This document shows, piece by piece, positions 1 to 9,188 of a stretch of DNA of 64,000 nt. The notes beneath the pieces are model-generated. The model was given only the letters and a program-made list of their open reading frames with translations, had not been told where the DNA came from and ran no database searches. The stretch is from Bixzunavirus cane17 (taxonomy: Duplodnaviria; Heunggongvirae; Uroviricota; Caudoviricetes). How positions within the stretch are numbered: position 1 is the first letter of the stretch; each line of letters begins with the position of its first letter. A program made the position numbers and the translations under genes. The stretch lies in IMG/VR virus record IMGVR_UViG_2974759174_000001. The stretch is one strand, 5' to 3'.

Positions 1-1
1 G

Positions 2-478
2 CACGCCCTGGACCACCCTCGATTCGTCACCAACGGCGGACAGGACGCGGTCTATCAGTTCGGCGAGACCGAGATCAGCGCCTGGGCCGACATCGAGCAC
101 ACCGACCAGGATAAGCCGGTCGGCGGAGTGCTGACCGCCTACACCCGCGACGGCCACGAGCGCGTCGGCGAGCTGCGTTACTACTTCATCACCGCCGAGC
201 GCGACGAGATCCAGTTCCAGGACGTCACCGTCGAGCCGCAGTTCCGTCGGCGTCGGGTGGCCACCGCGCTGCTGCGCAAGCTCAACCTGATCCACCCGGA
301 GGCCCGGATCAATCCGGGCACCCGCACCGTCGGCGGCGAGGCCTTCTTCCAGCACATCATGGCCACCGAGAAGGAGAAGGTCGCGACCAACGGCATCCTC
401 AACGTCCCGCTGCAGGTTCAGATCCCGCCGGGCTTCCGTCCCGGTGACGCGCTGCGCGCAGGCGGGTGGGAACGATGA
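2..478 (+). CDS. GNAT-fold acetyltransferase-like protein, 5' end outside window
   Basis: Frame is open from base 2. Motif A-like V..QFRRRRVATALL after a beta strand (FQDVTVEP). High GC3. Confidence 0.7.
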   Translation, partial: HALDHPRFVTNGGQDAVYQFGETEISAWADIEHTDQDKPVGGVLTAYTRDGHERVGELRYYFITAERDEIQFQDVTVEPQFRRRRVATALLRKLNLIHPEARINPGTRTVGGEAFFQHIMATEKEKVATNGILNVPLQVQIPPGFRPGDALRAGGWER

Positions 479-483
479 CCGAG

Positions 484-939
484 CTACGCAGCGAGTTTAC
501 TGCCTCTCCGGATTCGCAGCTGATCTCGGTTACATCTGCGACAAAACCGTTTGCCTCGGTAAATGCGGGTGTTGTCAGGAGTGTACTCATGACCCCATCG
601 ACAATGAGTTTTAGCGGCCTCGGCACAGCTGGCATGTCTTCCGCTCGCGATGGAGTCAGCGATGTTCTCTTGATGGGTTCCGTACGCCAAGTTAGTCCAG
701 TGATCGTTGGTGAAGTCATCGTCGAGATGTCGAACCTCCATGCCCGGAGGGCAGGGCCCGATGAAGGTAAGGGCTACCAATTGGTAGACGAACTTTTGGC
801 CTTCGCCAAGCTTCACTCTGCGTCGACCGTTACAGAGATAGGGGCTGAGCACCCTTCCAGCCTTGTATCTCCGATAGGAAACTATCGTGCTGCCGTCTTC
901 ATTGATGAAGATCCCACTGTAGCCAGGAACCTCTTGCAT
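484..939 (-). CDS. Free-standing HNH homing endonuclease, antisense to the structural operon
   Basis: VRHLDDDFTNDHWTNLAYGTHQEN HNH core. C-terminal KTHCRWGHEY...FCRRC Zn module. Lower GC than flanks. Confidence 0.9.
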   Translation of the reverse strand: MQEVPGYSGIFINEDGSTIVSYRRYKAGRVLSPYLCNGRRRVKLGEGQKFVYQLVALTFIGPCPPGMEVRHLDDDFTNDHWTNLAYGTHQENIADSIASGRHASCAEAAKTHCRWGHEYTPDNTRIYRGKRFCRRCNRDQLRIRRGSKLAA

Positions 940-953
940 GAGGGGATTCTATC

Positions 954-1943
954 GTGACCGAACCAGTGTATGGGCCCGAGGTCTACTCGCAGAAGCTCGT
1001 CAGCGCGGCGCGGGCCCGTAAGTTCATCAGCCAGAACAGCCGGGGCTACATCGCCATCAGCATCCAGGACGCACAGAACAACGCGGTCGACCCAGCGTCA
1101 CTGGCACTCAAGGTCTGGTTCAACGACCTGTCCGGCAACTCTGCCGACCCGCAGGGCGAGCTGGTGATCAACGTCGACCTGGACAACGGCATCGTCCGCG
1201 ACGAGGTCGGCAAGTACCACTACGACATCGGCCCGCAGTGGACGGCCCGGCGCGGCCTGTTGCACGCCGAGTGGTTCTACGAGGTCGACGACGCCGACTT
1301 CGTCTTCCAGGACGACATGCAGATCCAGGAGCAGATGCCCTACTACGACGCCATGCGCGAGGACACCAAGGTCCTCGTCGAGCAGGCCTCGTGGTTCTTC
1401 TCGGACCTGTTCGACTCGACGACCGGCGGGCCCTGGCTTAACGAGAACTTCCAGACCCACTTCGACTACAACCGCATCGCGTTCCTGATGCACCAGGGCC
1501 TGATGAAGCTCAACGTGATCGGCTACCCGGTGACCGCTTATGGCGTCAGCCCGGACAGCGACAAGATCCCGAAGAATTTCACCCAGCTCGCGCTGTGGGC
1601 CACCAAGCTCGAAGCGATCCGGCACCTGATCGTCAGCTACACCGAGCAGCCGAACTTCGCCAACATGAGCACCACCTACACCGACCGGCGCGACTACGCC
1701 GATCGGTGGCGCGCGGTGCTGGAGGAGGAGAAGCCGGAGTTCACCTCGGCGGTCAAGGCTGCCAAGCGCAGCCTGCTCAGCCTGGGCCGGGGCTCGATCC
1801 TGGTCGGCGGCGGCATCTATTCCGGCGGCGCCCGGGGCTTCTACATGCCTGGCATGTACTCGGCGCAAGCTCGCTCGATGCGGTTCTACCCGGCGGCGCC
1901 GAGCGTCTCGTGGGGCAACCAGGCCATGGGAGGTTCCTGGTGA
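954..1943 (+). CDS. Virion protein, probable head-to-tail adaptor
   Basis: 329-aa ORF with strong GC3, positioned upstream of neck/terminator/sheath genes. Function from synteny only. Confidence 0.6.
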   Translation: MTEPVYGPEVYSQKLVSAARARKFISQNSRGYIAISIQDAQNNAVDPASLALKVWFNDLSGNSADPQGELVINVDLDNGIVRDEVGKYHYDIGPQWTARRGLLHAEWFYEVDDADFVFQDDMQIQEQMPYYDAMREDTKVLVEQASWFFSDLFDSTTGGPWLNENFQTHFDYNRIAFLMHQGLMKLNVIGYPVTAYGVSPDSDKIPKNFTQLALWATKLEAIRHLIVSYTEQPNFANMSTTYTDRRDYADRWRAVLEEEKPEFTSAVKAAKRSLLSLGRGSILVGGGIYSGGARGFYMPGMYSAQARSMRFYPAAPSVSWGNQAMGGSW

Positions 1944-2563
1944 GAATCGTGACCGCCCGCGAGCAGTACGAGATGCTGGCGCCCTGGTTGCGCGAAGACT
2001 ATCCGCAGCACAAGATCGCGCCCGGGATGATGATCGAGGACGGCCAGGCCTTCAGGGACCGCATGGTCCAGGGGACTCCCGGCGCCTCCGACGTCCTCAT
2101 TCAGGCCATGGCCGAGTATGACGAATACGCCGGTCACCACCAGGCTCCTGGCCCGGAGACCGGCTGGCCTGCCTGGGACATGGCCGGGAAGCACGGCACG
2201 TTCGGCGAAGAGTTCGGCGGCATGCCCGAGGACTGGTACACCCATCCGCAGTACTACACGTCGGGCGAGACCAGCAAGGCTGATCTGCGCAATACGCAGA
2301 AGATCTACAACGACATGCACGGCAAGCCCGACCACATGGTCGATGTCTATCGGGCGCTGCCAAGTCAGCACGCCACTCACTTCAACACGGGCGACTGGGT
2401 CACCCACAGCCGTGAGTACGCCCAGCAGCATGCCGACAGCCAGGGTGACGGCACCTGGTCGGTCATGCGCGCTCAGGTCCCGGCCCGGCATCTGTACCAC
2501 AACGGCGACAGCTACTACGAGATGGGCTATCACGGTCCCAAGATCCCGGGGAGCCATGCCTAA
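1940..2563 (+). CDS. ADP-ribosyltransferase-fold-like protein (207 aa)
   Basis: GTGA overlap with upstream stop. VYRA...GDWVTHSREYA...YYEMGY spacing resembles the R-S-E ART triad. Confidence 0.55.
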   Translation: MRIVTAREQYEMLAPWLREDYPQHKIAPGMMIEDGQAFRDRMVQGTPGASDVLIQAMAEYDEYAGHHQAPGPETGWPAWDMAGKHGTFGEEFGGMPEDWYTHPQYYTSGETSKADLRNTQKIYNDMHGKPDHMVDVYRALPSQHATHFNTGDWVTHSREYAQQHADSQGDGTWSVMRAQVPARHLYHNGDSYYEMGYHGPKIPGSHA

Positions 2564-3159
2564 TGCCCCGCATCGACCTCTCCGAACCGTACGCCGTCCG
2601 GCTGGCCCGTCAGTCCGTGCGCGACAGCCTCATGTCGCACGGCGAAGAGTGCATCCTGATCCACCTCTACCACGTGCCCGAGGTGGAGGACACCGTCCCG
2701 CGCTGCCCGTTCTGCTTCGACGACGTCTACAGCCAGAGCGACCAGTATGACTGCCCGCAGTGTTACGGGACCACCTTCGACGGCGGTATCAGCTTCGCCT
2801 ACCGGGCCTGGGGCATCTTCGGTGACGCCTTGGACAAGGAGACCACCGGCAAGCGTGGTGTGTGGCACCCGGTGGAGCGGACGCTGCAGACCGAGCCGTT
2901 CCCGGACATGTGGAAGCGCGACTTCGTGGTGCGCGTCGAGGGCTGGACCCCCGACCACCGCCCGACCGGCGTCGAGGGCATCTATGTCTTCGACGAGGTC
3001 AACAACGAGAACATCCGGACCGGCAACCACTTCGGCACCGACCAGCTGCACCCGCTCGGCCAGACCGCCGACCTGCAGAAGGTCTCGGACAAGATGCCGA
3101 TCTACAAGTTCCCGATCGTCGGACGACAGTTCCACCGTTTCGATGGGAGAGAACGATGA
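2563..3159 (+). CDS. Probable head completion/neck protein with CxxC..CxxC
   Basis: TAATG overlap. CPFC and CPQC motifs. Located in the neck region. Confidence 0.55.
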   Translation: MPRIDLSEPYAVRLARQSVRDSLMSHGEECILIHLYHVPEVEDTVPRCPFCFDDVYSQSDQYDCPQCYGTTFDGGISFAYRAWGIFGDALDKETTGKRGVWHPVERTLQTEPFPDMWKRDFVVRVEGWTPDHRPTGVEGIYVFDEVNNENIRTGNHFGTDQLHPLGQTADLQKVSDKMPIYKFPIVGRQFHRFDGRER

Positions 3160-3956
3160 GCCTGGGGGACCGGTCGCAGATCTACGCCGGACGCCGTCAA
3201 CACCAGGCCACGCCCTGGAGGTCCAAGCCGGGCGACCCCACCTACCGGGTGCCGACCGGCGATCTCGCGCGCCACCGTCAGTTCAACCCGTCCATCGAGA
3301 CGCCCGAGCAGATGTACGACGCGACCTGGCATCGCGGCTGGGACCCCGAGGACCCGCCGACCCGCATTCATGAGCCGAACAACTTCTCCTCCGGTGGCGG
3401 CAGCGAAGGCAGCACCGAGGAGGGACTGGTCGACGCCTTCGAGTCCGGCGCCAAGCTGCCACCGGCAGAGGTCTTCACCAACGGGCCGCACGCCTGGCTG
3501 TCCGACGGCAACCACCGGGTCAACGTCGCCGACATGCTCGGCCACCCTGACCTGGAGACCTATATCCACTACGACCCGCACCAGCCGGACTCGTTCTTTG
3601 ACCCGCACGGTCGCGGCACCGAGGGCAACTACGGCGTCGGCAACACCAAGGTCGATCCGGACTCCGAGCTCGGGCGCCAGATCCACAAGCTCGTGCAGAA
3701 CCACCCGTACGAGCCGGTCGACGGCGGGCCGACCACCGATCACGTCTTCCGTCGTCATCCCGAGACCGGTGAGTGGCAGCGCGGCAAGATCACTGACGGC
3801 GCCCCGTACATTGTGGACACCCAGGACTACGCCAAGCAGATGCAGGCCGAGGTCCCCGGCTACAAGCACGACGGCCTGGGCCACTACTTCGACGTCGACT
3901 GGGGCAACGGACCGGAGATCACCCACGAGCGCCACTTGCATGCGAGGCGGACGTGA
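3156..3956 (+). CDS. ParB/Srx-like nuclease domain protein (266 aa)
   Basis: ATGA overlap at 3156. LPPAEV...WLSDGNHRVNVA matches the ParB DGxHR signature. Confidence 0.75.
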   Translation: MSLGDRSQIYAGRRQHQATPWRSKPGDPTYRVPTGDLARHRQFNPSIETPEQMYDATWHRGWDPEDPPTRIHEPNNFSSGGGSEGSTEEGLVDAFESGAKLPPAEVFTNGPHAWLSDGNHRVNVADMLGHPDLETYIHYDPHQPDSFFDPHGRGTEGNYGVGNTKVDPDSELGRQIHKLVQNHPYEPVDGGPTTDHVFRRHPETGEWQRGKITDGAPYIVDTQDYAKQMQAEVPGYKHDGLGHYFDVDWGNGPEITHERHLHARRT

Positions 3957-4408
3957 GGGTCGGGGCTCCGGTCGAACTCAACCGGGTGATCGCACGCCGG
4001 GCGGTCCAGTACGCCCGCGAGGACATGCGCGGTCGCGGCTGGACCTCGACCGGCGCTCTGCAGCCGTACTCCGACACCGGCGCGGTCGGCATCAGCTCGA
4101 CGATGAAGCACCTGCTCATCCAGAACAAGGGCTTCGACCCCTTCGTCATGTGGTGGGTCGAGGGCCGCATGGTTCCGATCACCGACAAGCAGACCGGCAA
4201 GACCCGGCGCATCCGGGGTCGTGAGCCCGGCAAGCCCGGCTACGTCTACATCCCGGGCCGGGGCAAGATCTGGCGCGACCAGAAGTGGCGGCACCCGGGG
4301 CTCAAGCCCAAGCGGTTCATGGAGGCCGCGATCGCCAAGGCCATCAAGGAGTCCAAGCGCGATATCCGTGACGCGGCCATGACCATCTTGTCAGGAGGCC
4401 GACTGTGA
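3953..4408 (+). CDS. HK97 gp10-like neck/tail completion protein
   Basis: Basic 151-aa protein with C-terminal HPGLKPKRFMEAA motif typical of the family. Synteny. Confidence 0.65.
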   Translation: MRVGAPVELNRVIARRAVQYAREDMRGRGWTSTGALQPYSDTGAVGISSTMKHLLIQNKGFDPFVMWWVEGRMVPITDKQTGKTRRIRGREPGKPGYVYIPGRGKIWRDQKWRHPGLKPKRFMEAAIAKAIKESKRDIRDAAMTILSGGRL

Positions 4409-5118
4409 CCAGTCTGGAAGATCGCGTCACGCCGGGCCAGCCTGGCGCCGGTGGCGCAGGAATGATCGAGACCGTCAAGCGTGCGGTCATCCTCGCGCTG
4501 CGCGACGCCATCAGCGGGACCAGCTTCAACGGCCTGGTCAACAACTCCAAGGTCGTCATCGACATGGAGTATCCGCTGAAGAGAGAGGCCTACCCGGGCA
4601 TCTGGGTGCAGTTCAGCTTCTCCAAGATCCTGCGGTCCGGTATCGGCCACGAGCTGCTGCTCAAGACCGAAGAGCCCGGCGGACGGACCAACTGGGAGCC
4701 GGTGCTAGAGCTGCAGTTCGAGGGCCGGGTGAGCCTGACCATCGTGGCGCTGACCAGCCTGGAGCGCGACCGTATCGCCGACACCGTAGTGAGCACCCTG
4801 ATCTTTGCCCGCGCGCCAGAGCGGGTGATCACCGACCCGAACCGGGACACCAAGCAGTACCGGCAGCTTGTCGACCGGCTGGCCAAGAACCCGTACGTGA
4901 CGATGACCATCAATCACGACGAGGTCATCCCCGGCGGGCAGGCCACCCAGACCGGTGCGCCCTGGGACGAGGAGCTGGCGACCTACGAGGACACCTACAG
5001 CTTCGACATCCTCGGCCAGACCAACATCACCTTCAGGCATGACGGCACCTACGCCCTACGTGCGGTCACCGACGCCGGAGAGATGGAACCGCCACCATCC
5101 CCGTTCGACTGGCAGTAA
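4405..5118 (+). CDS. Probable tail terminator
   Basis: 237 aa, immediately upstream of the sheath gene. GTGA overlap. Confidence 0.55.
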   Translation: MTSLEDRVTPGQPGAGGAGMIETVKRAVILALRDAISGTSFNGLVNNSKVVIDMEYPLKREAYPGIWVQFSFSKILRSGIGHELLLKTEEPGGRTNWEPVLELQFEGRVSLTIVALTSLERDRIADTVVSTLIFARAPERVITDPNRDTKQYRQLVDRLAKNPYVTMTINHDEVIPGGQATQTGAPWDEELATYEDTYSFDILGQTNITFRHDGTYALRAVTDAGEMEPPPSPFDWQ

Positions 5119-5183
5119 CGACCCTGTGAGAACTGGCGGCGCGTCCAAGAAGAGACAGAGGGCACGAAAGGGACTGACCAGAA

Positions 5184-6929
5184 ATGGCTATTGACTTCTC
5201 GCAGTACCAGACCCCCGGGGTGTACACCGAGGCGGTCGGGGCGCCACAGCTGGGCATTCGCTCGTCTGTGCCCACCGCCGTGGCCATTTTTGGCACCGCT
5301 GTCGGCTACCAGACCTACCGGGAGAGCATCCGGATCAACCCGGACACCGGTGAGACCATCACCACCCAGATTCTGGCACTGGTGGGCGAGCCCACCGGCG
5401 GCAGCTTCAAGCTGTCGCTGGCCGGAGAACCGACCGGAAACATCCCGTTCAACGCGACCCAGGGCCAGGTGCAGAGCGCGCTGCGCGCACTGCCCAACGT
5501 CGAGGACGACGAGGTCACGGTTCTCGGCGATCCGGGCGGACCGTGGACGGTGACCTTCACCAAGGCCGTCGCCGCGCTCACCAAGGACGTCACCGGCCTG
5601 ACCGGCGGCGATGACCCCGACCTCAACATCGCCAGCGAGCAGACCGGCGTGCCCGCGATGAACCGCGCGCTGGCCAAGAAGGGCATCAAGACCGACACCA
5701 TCCGGGTGGTCAATCCCAACTCCGGCCAGGTCTACGTGCTCGGCACCGACTACGTCGTCACCCGGGTCAACGCCGGTGAGGACGGCGAGGCCAACACCCG
5801 CGACGACCTCTACACGATTCAGCGCGTCGTCGACGGTGGCCATATCGATCCAGGCGACATCGTCCAGCTGTCCTACCGGTACACCGACCCGAACTACCAC
5901 GAGGTCATCCGGTTCACCGATCCCGACGACATCCAGGACTTCTACGGTCCGGCCTTCGACGAGGCGGGCAACGTCCAGTCCGAGATCACCCTGTGTGCCC
6001 AGCTGGCCATCACCAACGGCGCCTCGACGATCCTGGCCTGCGCGGTGGACCCCGAGGGCGACACCGTCACCATGGGCGACTACCAGAATGCGCTGAACAA
6101 GTTCCGCGACGAGGACGAGATCGCCATCATCGTCGCGGGCACCGGCGCCCAGCCGATCCAGGCCCTGGTCCAGCAGCACGTCTCGGCACAGTCGAACAAC
6201 AAGTACGAGCGCCGGGCGATCCTGGGCATGGATGGATCGGTCACGCCGGTGCCGTCGGCCACCCGCATCGCCAATGCGCAGTCCATCAAGGACCAGCGCG
6301 TGGCCCTGATCAGCCCGTCGTCGTTCGTCTACTACGCCCCCGAGCTCAACCGCGAGGTCGTTCTCGGTGGGCAGTTCATGGCCGCAGCGGTCGCGGGCAA
6401 GTCGGTCTCGGCGATCGCGGCCATGCCGCTGACTCGCAAGGTGATCCGAGGCTTCTCGGGCCCGGCGGAGGTCCAGCGCGACGGCGAGAAGTCCCGCGAG
6501 TCCTCGGAAGGTCTGATGGTCATCGAGAAGACCCCGCGCAACCTGGTCCACGTGCGCCACGGCGTCACCACCGACCCGACCAGCCTGCACACCCGGGAGT
6601 GGAACATCATCGGCCAGCAGGACGTGATGGTCTACCGCATCCGCGATTACCTCGACGCCGACGGCCTGATCGGCATGCCGATCTACGACACCACGATCGT
6701 GCAGGTCAAGGCGTCGGCTGAGGCCGCGCTGGTCTGGCTGGTGGACAACAACATCATCCGGGGCTACCGCAACCTCAAGGCCCGGCAGATTGAGCGCCAG
6801 CCCGACGTCATCGAGGTGCGCTACGAGTGGCGTCCGGCTTACCCGCTGAACTACATCGTCGTCCGCTACTCCATCGCTCCGGAGACCGGCGACATCACCT
6901 CGACCATCGAAGGCACCACGAGCTTCTAA
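5184..6929 (+). CDS. Tail sheath protein
   Basis: 581 aa. N-terminal YQTPGVYTE and C-terminal VRYEWRPAYPLNYIVV sheath motifs. Confidence 0.95.
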   Translation: MAIDFSQYQTPGVYTEAVGAPQLGIRSSVPTAVAIFGTAVGYQTYRESIRINPDTGETITTQILALVGEPTGGSFKLSLAGEPTGNIPFNATQGQVQSALRALPNVEDDEVTVLGDPGGPWTVTFTKAVAALTKDVTGLTGGDDPDLNIASEQTGVPAMNRALAKKGIKTDTIRVVNPNSGQVYVLGTDYVVTRVNAGEDGEANTRDDLYTIQRVVDGGHIDPGDIVQLSYRYTDPNYHEVIRFTDPDDIQDFYGPAFDEAGNVQSEITLCAQLAITNGASTILACAVDPEGDTVTMGDYQNALNKFRDEDEIAIIVAGTGAQPIQALVQQHVSAQSNNKYERRAILGMDGSVTPVPSATRIANAQSIKDQRVALISPSSFVYYAPELNREVVLGGQFMAAAVAGKSVSAIAAMPLTRKVIRGFSGPAEVQRDGEKSRESSEGLMVIEKTPRNLVHVRHGVTTDPTSLHTREWNIIGQQDVMVYRIRDYLDADGLIGMPIYDTTIVQVKASAEAALVWLVDNNIIRGYRNLKARQIERQPDVIEVRYEWRPAYPLNYIVVRYSIAPETGDITSTIEGTTSF

Positions 6930-6963
6930 GGGCTCTCGACACAAGTAAGGAGGTGGCCGTCCC

Positions 6964-7431
6964 ATGGAGAGCAAGACCCGAATCGGGGGCAGCGGCTTTA
7001 CCACGATGACCTTCCGGGGCACGCGGTTGGCCTACCTGCAGACCCTGCAGGACACCCCGCCACAGCCTGTGGCCGGGGCTCAGGTGGTTCAGTCCATCGA
7101 TGACGAGACTCCCTCGGAGATCGTGACGGCCATGGCTGTCGGCGCGGGCACCCTGCGCCTGACCTTCTACGAGGTCTGGAACGAGCCCGTGTGGTCGCGA
7201 CTTCCGGGCCTGGAGGGCACCAACAACCTGCTGGAGGTCCTCAAGCGCCAGGTCGCGCTGGGCGAGGTCACCTGCCGCAAGCTGATCAAGAGCCCGTCGG
7301 GCATCACGCGCGCCCGTGTCTACCACGGCTGTGTGCTCACCGACATCGACGAGGGCGAGCAGATCAACATCGGCACGATGACGCTGCCCAAGACCATCAC
7401 CATGCAGTACATCAAAACCACCACAGTCTGA
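6964..7431 (+). CDS. Tail tube protein
   Basis: 155 aa directly after the sheath gene. Strong SD TAAGGAGGT. Confidence 0.85.
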   Translation: MESKTRIGGSGFTTMTFRGTRLAYLQTLQDTPPQPVAGAQVVQSIDDETPSEIVTAMAVGAGTLRLTFYEVWNEPVWSRLPGLEGTNNLLEVLKRQVALGEVTCRKLIKSPSGITRARVYHGCVLTDIDEGEQINIGTMTLPKTITMQYIKTTTV

Positions 7432-7443
7432 CGGGGCGTAGCC

Positions 7444-8277
7444 ATGTCGATGCCGATTCAGCGCCAGAGCGAGTCCTACCATGCCTTCACCGACGGGCCG
7501 CGATTCGCCAAGGACCACACCACACGTGACATGCCTCCCGGCCTGGCCGGGCTGATCTCGCAGGGCCCCCGGATCTCTGCCGGGCTGAACAACCCGCGCG
7601 GCATCCAGCACCACGCCGACGCCATCGGCATGCCGCGCATGTGGGACCCCTACGGGTCCGAGGGTGTCGACAGCTACGCCCACGAGGCCGAGCCGGACCA
7701 TGATCCCCGGGAGTACGAGGACGAGGAGCCGCGCGAGCCGCATGTCGACCAGCACGGCCATCCGATGCACGTCGACGAGCACTCGTTCCACGAGGCGCCC
7801 CCGCAGCATCCCGACGTCGCGGGCTTCGGCTTCGGCGGGTACGACGACTACGACCCGCACTCGGTGGAGAACCTGCCGCCGGACTACGACGAGCAGTTCG
7901 GGCCGCACATGGCGTCTTTTATCCAGGCCCGTCACCACGAGGCTGACGGGCCTGCTCCGGAGCTGTTCTCCCCGATGATGTTCCAGCCCGGAGACCGCCT
8001 CGATGCGCGGTCAAGCCTGCTGGGCGGAGAGAAGGCCTTCATCAACGACCATCCTCTCTCAGAGGGAGAGGATTGGATTACGGCTGCTGCAGTGCAGCCC
8101 CAAGTCGTGCCCGGATGGGTCGGGCACGGATACGTCCCTGGGCACCGAGTTGGTCTGCCCTGGCGGGACTCGGTCATTCCGGGCACGGTGACGCACCTGG
8201 ACGGCCAGCAGCTCGGCATCCGATGGGATGACGGGCAACATAGCACGGAGGAGCCTGCAGACCTCCGTCCTCTCTAA
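7444..8277 (+). CDS. His/Asp/Pro-rich protein with C-terminal SH3/Tudor-like module
   Basis: 277 aa. C-terminus GHRVGLPW..GTVTHLDGQQLGIRWDDG suggests a small beta-barrel. Confidence 0.6.
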   Translation: MSMPIQRQSESYHAFTDGPRFAKDHTTRDMPPGLAGLISQGPRISAGLNNPRGIQHHADAIGMPRMWDPYGSEGVDSYAHEAEPDHDPREYEDEEPREPHVDQHGHPMHVDEHSFHEAPPQHPDVAGFGFGGYDDYDPHSVENLPPDYDEQFGPHMASFIQARHHEADGPAPELFSPMMFQPGDRLDARSSLLGGEKAFINDHPLSEGEDWITAAAVQPQVVPGWVGHGYVPGHRVGLPWRDSVIPGTVTHLDGQQLGIRWDDGQHSTEEPADLRPL

Positions 8278-8289
8278 GTGAAGGATGAG

Positions 8290-8817
8290 ATGACCACAAG
8301 TGATGTCCCGGCAGATCCGGCGATCGACCCCGATCTTGCCCCGCCGGAGCCCCGCCGAGTAGTAGGCGAACTAGTCGAGACCGAGCCTCAAGAGCACGAG
8401 GACCCCGAGGTCACCGAGCTTACCGATGAGGAGCGCTCCAGCTTCGTATCTTTGCTGACTTGCGGCAAGCACTCGAAGAAGATCACAGTGATGGGACATC
8501 CCGTCGTGATTCAGACGCTCAAGACTGGCGACGAGATGCGCGTCGGCCTGTTCACGAAGAAGTACCTGGAGAGCCAGATGGGCTTCCAGCGTGCGTACCA
8601 GGTCGCTGTGTGCGCCGCCGGTATCCGCGAGATCCAGGGCAAGCCGCTGTTCCGCGAACTGCGCGAGGTCACTGACGAGGACGAGATCTTCGACAAGAAC
8701 GTCGAGGCCGTGATGGAGCTCTACCCCATCGTCATCACCCAGATCTACCAGGCCATCATGGATCTGGAGCGCGAGTACGCACAGCTGGCCGTCAAACTGG
8801 GAAAACTGTCCGGCTAG
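8290..8817 (+). CDS. Tail assembly chaperone (short form)
   Basis: Upstream of the tape measure gene. Ends just after the slippery G GGA AAA site. Confidence 0.85.
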   Translation: MTTSDVPADPAIDPDLAPPEPRRVVGELVETEPQEHEDPEVTELTDEERSSFVSLLTCGKHSKKITVMGHPVVIQTLKTGDEMRVGLFTKKYLESQMGFQRAYQVAVCAAGIREIQGKPLFRELREVTDEDEIFDKNVEAVMELYPIVITQIYQAIMDLEREYAQLAVKLGKLSG

Positions 8818-9188
8818 ACGCCTCAACTGAACTTGAGATCCGTCTGGCCTACAAGCAGGGACTCCTTACTCAGCCCAGTTTGAACCGCTATCAGCGGTGG
8901 GCGCTGAGATACGCCATCTTCATGGACCGGCGTCTGCAGCTGCAGGACACCGAGGACATGCTGCAGCGTCAGACCTGGTACCTGGAACCCAAGCGCTACC
9001 ACGACCTCTTCCTGGCCGGAGCCTTCGAGCCTGAACCTATCGCCGTGGCCGGGAGGGATATGGAAGAGGTAGTAGACGACCTCGACGAGGTGGACGCCTA
9101 CTTCGCTCGCCTGGAAGGCAGCCAGTCGATGAGCGGAGCACAGTTGTTCGCCGCGCTGGACGAACCCGATGAAGAGGGATGGATGTAA
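8290..9188 (+). CDS. Tail assembly chaperone, frameshifted long form
   Basis: -1 shift at 8799-8805 joins ...LGK to TVRLDASTELEIRLAY...EEGWM. Stop overlaps the tape measure ATG. Confidence 0.85.
8799..8805 (+). other. Programmed -1 frameshift site GGGAAAA
   Basis: In-frame X XXY YYZ heptamer. The -1 frame stays open to TAA at 9188 with coding-like codon use. Confidence 0.9.

Noticed and set aside
5049-7022. 657-aa reverse ORF, and similar long antisense ORFs (12771-15215, 22451-25399, 52490-56032)
   Set aside because: These are shadow frames of strongly GC3-biased sense genes. They have no motifs or SD, and are expected in high-GC DNA.
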